Shown in pieces: positions 58,146 through 64,000 of a stretch of DNA of 64,000 nucleotides (positions are counted from its first letter, which is position 1; every line of letters starts with the position of its first letter). Source of the DNA: Gemmatimonas sp. Its GTDB lineage: Bacteria > Gemmatimonadota > Gemmatimonadetes > Gemmatimonadales > Gemmatimonadaceae. The translations under genes were made by a program, and so were the position numbers. Under the pieces are notes generated by a model. The model did no database searches. It saw only the letters and a list, made by a program, of their open reading frames with translations, and had not been told where the DNA came from. Location: assembly GCA_965279375.1 (NCBI GenBank), contig OZ257156.1, forward strand, positions 1,952,001 through 2,016,000, given 5' to 3'.

Positions 58146-60731
58146 CTAGTCGGCGCGCAGCGATGACATCGGCGTGATGCCGATTGCGCGACGCGTGGGC
58201 ACGATCGTCGCCACCAGGGCGGAGCAAATCAGGATGCCAGTCGCTGCAGCGAACGATGGAAAGTCCAGCGGCTGGAGTCCGTACAGCGAGCTGCGCAGCA
58301 ATTGCGCCACGCCCGCGGCGGCGATCAGACCGACGACGAGTCCCCAGAGGACGGCACGGGCACTCGCGCCCAGTACGAGCATCGCGATGTGACGCGGCGT
58401 GGCACCCAGAGCGAAGCGTACGCCAATGTCGTGCTGACGCTGCTCCACCCAGTAGGTGAATACGCCCAGCATACCGACGGAGGCGAGCAGCAGTGCCAGA
58501 ACTCCGAGCGCGCCAGACACGGAGGCCGCGAAGTTTCGGTCCGCGAAGCGCTCGGCGACGTACTGCCTGTACGGCTTGATCGATACGGTCAGTGCCGGAT
58601 CACGCTCCCTGATCGCTTGCGCGAGTCGCTGCGCGCCGGCGGCGTCACCACGTACGATGACCCTGGGCGAGGCGTTCCACCGAAACGGGAGGTAGACCGC
58701 GGGCGGGATATCGCGAAATCCAACATCCCTTGCCCCCGCAATCACGCCGACGACGGTGAACGGAACGCTGTCGATGAGCATCGACGAACCCACTGCCTTG
58801 CTCGTGCCGCCAAACTGCTTCGCCATCGGTGCGTTGATGACGACCTCCTTGACGCTGGTGTCGGGTGAGTCGCGGTAGATGCGACCAGCAGCAAGGCGCA
58901 ACCCAAGCACGTCGAAGTACGAAGCGCTGGCGAACATTACCGGCGCTGGATCGTTGGAAATCGCGCCAGCGATGGAGTATCGAACTCCTTCCGGGTTGAA
59001 TGGCGCGAACCTGGCGTAAGCGACGCGCGGCAACGCGCTCGCAGCCACGAGATCGGCGATCTCCGACTGCAGTCGCGGCCCCCTGACGTTCCCTTCCTCA
59101 TTGGCTGGGATACCTACCGTCAGCTCGGTGACGTCTTCGGTGGCGAAGCCGAGATCGAGTGTGCGCTCCACCCGCGCACTGCGCACGAAGAGGCCGGCAG
59201 AGACCAGGAGCACGAGGCTGAACGTCACTTGTGCTGACAGAAACACCGAGCGCAACGGAACGCGACGGCGTTGTGCCATCAGTGGTCGCGTTGCGTGCAG
59301 GGCGGGCGCGAGACCGAAGAGCAAACAGCTCCCGACGGCCAGCGCGAGCGTGAACAGGAGCACGCGCCAGTCTGGCGTGAGTCGCAGCGACAGGGCTTGA
59401 TCGGTGATCGTGGTCATCACCCACTCCGGTACATACCGCGCGAGCAGTAGCGCCGGAACTCCCGCGAGCAGCGCGAGCAGAAGACTCTCGGTCATCAGCT
59501 GGCGTACAATCCGCGCTCGCGATGCACCAAGTGACATCCGAATGAGAATCTCGCGCTGCCGGGCGGATGCGCGAGCAAGCAGCAGGTTGGCGACGTTAGC
59601 GCAGGCCAGCAGCAGCACGACCGCGGTACCTCCGCCGATGAGCAGGAATATCGGCGTCACTTCGCGCGTCACGTTTGGTCCAGCCGACCCGACCATCGTG
59701 AAGGTCTGTGCCGTGACCCGCCGATTGAGCGTGTCGATGCCCGGGCGCATCGTGCGCGCGAGCAGCGTAGTGAGCTCTGCGTCTACTTGAGCGCGTGTTA
59801 CTCCTGCTGCCATGCGTGCGGCGACGTGCACGCAGCACTGATCGCTGTGCGCCAACGCGCCCGTCGACTGATTGTCTCGCGGGCGCACGATGGGCATCGA
59901 TGCCATGGGGATCCAGGCGTCGACGCCGACAAGGTCGGTCCCTGAGAATCCTTCCGCTGCCACGCCAATGACCGTGAACGGCACGCCTTGAACGCGCACT
60001 GTTGTCCCGATGACATTGGGCGACTTGGAGAGTGTCGTGCTCCAGTAGCGATGACTGAGCACGATGACTTGCTGTCGCGCGCCGATGCGGTCTTCGGCCG
60101 GAGCGAACGCCCGCCCACGCACTATGGGTACGCCGAGTACGGCGAAGTAGTTCGCGCTCACCGGCGCAGCGGTAATGCTGCCGGTACCGTCAGCGCGCGT
60201 GCGCTCGTGCGTAAAGACTCCCTCCAGTGTTCGCGCCTGTTCACTGAACAGCTTTACCTGATCCAGTGAGAATCCGGATTGGCGCCGGTTGCCCGGCTCG
60301 CCGATGGACGTCGCGAACAGTGCAGTCAGCCGCTCCGGTTGCTGCACATTCCATCCGCGCAGCATGAACGCGTTCACGCCAGTGAATGCGGCGGCCGCGA
60401 ATCCAAGTCCGCCGCCGAGTGCAAGAATCGCGACGAGCGCGAACATGGGTTGGCGACGGATCGATCGCATCGCATAAGCAATATCCTGACCGACGGACTC
60501 GATCCACGGTCCGAGCCACACGCCGCGGGTGGTCTCACGCACAGCTGTGGCATTGCCAAGGGCACGATGCGCTGCGGCACGCGCGTCATCCGGCGACAAG
60601 CCGCGCGCCTCGAAGTCGTGGCGACGGCTCTCGAGATGATAAGCCATCTCCTCGGCGAGCTCCGCGTTGTGTCGACGCCAGTTCCACAGCACACGCAGCC
60701 GTCGCCACAGGCGCGCCGGGTCGTCAATCAC
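58146..60731 (-). CDS. ADOP-type duplicated MacB/FtsX permease with N-terminal prefix domain
   Basis: ELAEEMAYHL..ARAAAHRALG, QDIAYAMR, LLACANVANLLLAR, second FtsX domain. Confidence 0.93.
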   Translation of the reverse strand: MIDDPARLWRRLRVLWNWRRHNAELAEEMAYHLESRRHDFEARGLSPDDARAAAHRALGNATAVRETTRGVWLGPWIESVGQDIAYAMRSIRRQPMFALVAILALGGGLGFAAAAFTGVNAFMLRGWNVQQPERLTALFATSIGEPGNRRQSGFSLDQVKLFSEQARTLEGVFTHERTRADGTGSITAAPVSANYFAVLGVPIVRGRAFAPAEDRIGARQQVIVLSHRYWSTTLSKSPNVIGTTVRVQGVPFTVIGVAAEGFSGTDLVGVDAWIPMASMPIVRPRDNQSTGALAHSDQCCVHVAARMAAGVTRAQVDAELTTLLARTMRPGIDTLNRRVTAQTFTMVGSAGPNVTREVTPIFLLIGGGTAVVLLLACANVANLLLARASARQREILIRMSLGASRARIVRQLMTESLLLALLAGVPALLLARYVPEWVMTTITDQALSLRLTPDWRVLLFTLALAVGSCLLFGLAPALHATRPLMAQRRRVPLRSVFLSAQVTFSLVLLVSAGLFVRSARVERTLDLGFATEDVTELTVGIPANEEGNVRGPRLQSEIADLVAASALPRVAYARFAPFNPEGVRYSIAGAISNDPAPVMFASASYFDVLGLRLAAGRIYRDSPDTSVKEVVINAPMAKQFGGTSKAVGSSMLIDSVPFTVVGVIAGARDVGFRDIPPAVYLPFRWNASPRVIVRGDAAGAQRLAQAIRERDPALTVSIKPYRQYVAERFADRNFAASVSGALGVLALLLASVGMLGVFTYWVEQRQHDIGVRFALGATPRHIAMLVLGASARAVLWGLVVGLIAAAGVAQLLRSSLYGLQPLDFPSFAAATGILICSALVATIVPTRRAIGITPMSSLRAD

Positions 60732-61059
60732 TGGCCAGCACCAGCTGGATCGCGAACACCATGCGCTCGAAACCTTCGCGCTCCGCCGCCAGATGCTTTC
60801 GTCCCGACGCGGTCAACGTGTAGTAGCGTGCGCGACGGTTGTTCTCAGACGTGCCCCACTCCGCCTTGACGAAGCCATCGAGCAGCAGACGCTGCAGCGC
60901 GGGATAAAGGGAGCTCTCCCCCACGTGCAGCACATTCCCCGAGCGCTGCCCGAGGTACTCGGCAATGCCGTACCCGTGCCGACGACCGGCAACGAGGGAC
61001 TTGAGGACCAGCAGATCGAGCGTGCCCGGCAGAAGCGCCGGCGATTCGCGCGGTGGCAT
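60724..61059 (-). CDS. PadR-family regulator (acidobacterial type)
   Basis: LPGTLDLLVL, HGYGI, SLYPALQRL, WGTSENNRRARYY. Confidence 0.95.
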   Translation of the reverse strand: MPPRESPALLPGTLDLLVLKSLVAGRRHGYGIAEYLGQRSGNVLHVGESSLYPALQRLLLDGFVKAEWGTSENNRRARYYTLTASGRKHLAAEREGFERMVFAIQLVLASD

Positions 61060-61067
61060 GCAGTCGT

Positions 61068-61144
61068 TCTCCCATCGATAGACGATGGGAGAGTATTGTC
61101 AGGCCGGCCGGTGTTTGTCAACTCCCATCGGCTGTCGATGGGAG
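61068..61144 (-). promoter_or_regulatory. padR promoter flanked by two CTCCCATCG-N5-CGATGGGAG operators
   Basis: Palindromes at 61068-61092 and 61122-61144; minus-strand TTGACA 61121-61116 and AATACT 61097-61092 lie between them. Confidence 0.85.
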
Positions 61145-61158
61145 AGGCCCTGGGACAC

Positions 61159-62619
61159 TCAGTGCTTGCCGGCCACGCTCACCAGCGTCCGGAAGATCAT
61201 CTCGGTTCCGTGCTTCAAGGCCTCAACGCCGACGCGCTCGTCATTGCCGTGCATGCGCGTGAGCTCGTCCGTCGAGATGGCGTACGGGTAGATGCCGTAC
61301 ACCGGAATGCCGCGGCTGCGCCACGCGGCCGCATCGGTGCCAGCCTGAAAGAGATACGGCGTGACACGCGCCGTGGGGTACTGCACCTTCGCTTCGCGCT
61401 CGAGCGCGGCGTAGAGCTCGGTGTTGGTAGGCGACTCCATGACCACGGGCGCCGTTGAGGCGAGGGCCGAGGTCGCACTGGCGCTCGCACCGCCGGGTGC
61501 GCGTGCCGTTCCCACTTCAACACGCGGATCGTTGATCACGCGCTTCAGCTCGGCGATGATCGCCGATACCGGCGTGCCGGGAATCGTGCGCACGTTGATC
61601 GTCGCTTCGGCCGATCCGGGAATGACGTTGCTGCGAAAGCCGGCGTTCATCAACACCGGCGCGTAGGTGTTGCGCATGATCGCGTGCAGCAGCGGGTCCT
61701 TGCTGATGATGCGATCGGCGATGCGCACTTTGGCTGGACTGCCACTGACCAGATCGCGGAAGTACTGCGACATGGGTGCTGCACTGGTCGCGGCCAGCGT
61801 GGAGAAGAACTGACGCGTGCTCGCCGTCAACTGAACTTCGGTCTCGTAGTCCGCCAACTTTGCCATCGCCTTGGAGAGCGAGAAGATCGCCTGGTCCGGA
61901 CGCGGCATCGAGCTGTGCGTGGACGTGCCACGCGCCGTGAGCACGATGCCGATCGATGACTTGTCGGCAGTGGAGATGCTCACATACTGCGTCTTGCCGC
62001 TGGCATCGTTGATGATCCAGCCGCCCTCGTTCAATGCGAACTCGGCGTCGATCTTCGCGAAGTGATCCTTTGCCAGCCAACTGGTGTTGAAGGGCGCGCC
62101 TTCTTCATCCGCCTCGGCCATGAAGATCACGTCGCGCGACAACGGGATCTTTTGTTCGGCCAGCATCATCGCGGCGCGCGCAAACACTGCCAGTCCGCCC
62201 TTGAAGTCGATCGCGCCACGGCCGTACACCGCGCCGTCCTTGATCACGCCGGCGAACGGATCGACCGTCCACTTCTCCCGCTCCACGCCTACGACGTCGG
62301 CGTGCGCCGCGATCAGCAGCGGCTTCTTCGATCCGTCACCACGCAGTCGTGCGATGAAGTGCGCCTTGCCGGCCTGCGGTGTTGGGATGATGTCGATCTC
62401 GAACCCGAGTGCCTTGAAGCGCGGGGCGAGCAGGTTGGCGATCTGTTCCTCGTTGCCCGGTGGATTGCTCGTGTTCACACGAATCAGCTCAACCAGCAAC
62501 GCGGCCGTTGGATTGGTTGCCGTCGACGCCGTAGTGGTCTGTGCGTACAGAGCGCTCGAGGAGAGCGACACACTGACGAGCGCCGAGGCGACGAGCGGGC
62601 GGAAAGCGTTGCGTAGCAT
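61159..62619 (-). CDS. Secreted M20-family peptidase/deacylase
   Basis: AHADVV, GRGAIDFKG, ADEE, NEGG, THSS, GTD, HGNDER; start ATG 62619. Confidence 0.92.
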   Translation of the reverse strand: MLRNAFRPLVASALVSVSLSSSALYAQTTTASTATNPTAALLVELIRVNTSNPPGNEEQIANLLAPRFKALGFEIDIIPTPQAGKAHFIARLRGDGSKKPLLIAAHADVVGVEREKWTVDPFAGVIKDGAVYGRGAIDFKGGLAVFARAAMMLAEQKIPLSRDVIFMAEADEEGAPFNTSWLAKDHFAKIDAEFALNEGGWIINDASGKTQYVSISTADKSSIGIVLTARGTSTHSSMPRPDQAIFSLSKAMAKLADYETEVQLTASTRQFFSTLAATSAAPMSQYFRDLVSGSPAKVRIADRIISKDPLLHAIMRNTYAPVLMNAGFRSNVIPGSAEATINVRTIPGTPVSAIIAELKRVINDPRVEVGTARAPGGASASATSALASTAPVVMESPTNTELYAALEREAKVQYPTARVTPYLFQAGTDAAAWRSRGIPVYGIYPYAISTDELTRMHGNDERVGVEALKHGTEMIFRTLVSVAGKH

Positions 62620-62771
62620 GGACGGAGCTGGAGCTGAGAGAGTCGAGACAGTCGGCGACGGGGGCGAAAGACGCGCAAACGTTCGCGTCCGACGGCTGGC
62701 GCCGCCAGAGGCACCCAGGCTGCGTCGCCGGCTCGATTGACCACTCGGCCAGCGAGTCCGTAGCTTGGCGC

Positions 62772-64000
62772 ATGCGACCACTCCAGATCTCGGCGGCCAT
62801 GGCCTGCATCGCGGCACTGCCCGCCACCGCCCTTTTCGCGCAGACGCGTTCCGCTTCGCAACCGTTGGCGGCGAGCGCCGCCGCCGCGATCGATACGCTG
62901 TTCACTGCGTATTCGCACTCCGGTTCGCCCGGCTGTGCGGTTGGCGTCTATCAGAACGGCGCCGTGACGTTCGCGCGTGGCTACGGCTTTGCGAATCTCA
63001 CGCACAACGTGCCGATCACGCCGGATACCAGATTCACCGTCGGTTCCGTCTCCAAGCAGTTCACGGCGGCCAGCATCGCGCTCTTGGTGCGCGCGGGAAA
63101 GCTTTCGCTCGACGACGATGTACGCAAATACGTGCCAGAGCTTCGCGCCTACGACACACCGGTGCGCATTCGTCATCTTGTGCACCACACGAGCGGCATG
63201 CGCGACTTCTGGGAGTTGGCGGAGATCGCCGGCATGCGTCTCGACGACGGCTACACGGTCAATGACATGTTCGCCTTCGCGGCGCGCCAGCAGCGGCTCA
63301 ACTTCACGCCAGGCGCCGAGTATCGGTACAGCAACACGGGGTACCTCGCGCTGGGCGTGGTGGTGCAACGTGTGACTGGGCAATCGCTGCGCCGCTTTGC
63401 CGACTCGGCGATTTTCGCTCCGCTGGGCATGCGAGGCAGTCTGTTTCTCGACGACCACAACGAGATCGTCAGCGGCCGCGCGATGGCCTACGAACCGCGG
63501 AGTGGCGGCTGGCGTATCAACGTCTGGAACAACGATCTGGTGGGTCAGGGCGGTGTGGTCACGTCACTCGCGGATCTGCAGCGGTGGGATGAGAACTTCT
63601 ACACCGGCACCGTTGGCGGACAGCCGTTCATCGACCTGCTGCTGAGCACGGAGCCGTTCAACAGCGGCGCACCCAATTCGTACGCCTTCGGCAATGAGGT
63701 CGATACGTATCGCGGTCTGCGTTTGGTGCAGCACACCGGATCGACAGGTGGCTATCGTGCGGCGCTGTATCGCTTCCCCGATCAGCACACGAGTTTCGCG
63801 ATGCTCTGCAACGTCAGCACGGTGAACACGGGCGCCGTGGCGCTGCGCATGGCGGATGTAGTGCTGCGCGATGTGCTGGGGCCCGTCGTCGCCGCGGCGC
63901 CGCGCGCTGTGCAGGCGGCTGCACCGACCGCGACGGCGACGGTCGCGCGCCCGGCTGAACGCATGATGATCGCGGGGCGCTACACGAGTGCGGAGCTCAA
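62772..64000 (+). CDS. Secreted serine hydrolase, beta-lactamase/PBP superfamily (3' end outside window; absent from ORF track)
   Basis: Hand translation from ATG 62772: signal peptide, PGCAVGV, GSVSKQF (SxxK), HHTSG, YSN, HTG; open to the window end. Confidence 0.9.
   Translation, partial: MRPLQISAAMACIAALPATALFAQTRSASQPLAASAAAAIDTLFTAYSHSGSPGCAVGVYQNGAVTFARGYGFANLTHNVPITPDTRFTVGSVSKQFTAASIALLVRAGKLSLDDDVRKYVPELRAYDTPVRIRHLVHHTSGMRDFWELAEIAGMRLDDGYTVNDMFAFAARQQRLNFTPGAEYRYSNTGYLALGVVVQRVTGQSLRRFADSAIFAPLGMRGSLFLDDHNEIVSGRAMAYEPRSGGWRINVWNNDLVGQGGVVTSLADLQRWDENFYTGTVGGQPFIDLLLSTEPFNSGAPNSYAFGNEVDTYRGLRLVQHTGSTGGYRAALYRFPDQHTSFAMLCNVSTVNTGAVALRMADVVLRDVLGPVVAAAPRAVQAAAPTATATVARPAERMMIAGRYTSAEL

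Noticed and set aside
62484..63458. 324-aa minus-strand ORF at the window end
   Set aside because: Shadow of the plus-strand serine hydrolase starting at 62772, which the ORF track missed because it has no stop in the window.

Overview
GC-rich bacterial chromosomal segment with about 50 densely packed CDS. The gene repertoire (ADOP permease with acidobacterial-type PadR, ECF sigma with Ser/Thr kinase, DUF5916, barrel-less TonB-plug proteins, many secreted peptidases) suggests Gemmatimonadota; this is an inference. I saw no rRNA, tRNA, CRISPR array, integrase or transposase. Most genes serve peptide and amino-acid scavenging, efflux or signalling. Highlights: (1) a light-dependent protochlorophyllide oxidoreductase (LPOR) gene with no other photosynthesis gene in the window; (2) a BlaI / M56-HEAT / HEAT-lipoprotein / DUF5916 module with three copies of a palindromic operator, a 4x11-bp tandem repeat and a Trp/Pro C-terminal motif shared by both HEAT proteins, which is my best candidate for an undescribed system; (3) paired operators flanking the PadR-ADOP and DUF2239-MATE promoters; (4) a predicted triple beta-barrel protein behind a sigma54-like promoter; (5) a recurring leaderless-promoter pattern. 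All family calls come from motif recognition by eye, not database searches, and several start codons were reassigned relative to the ORF track.
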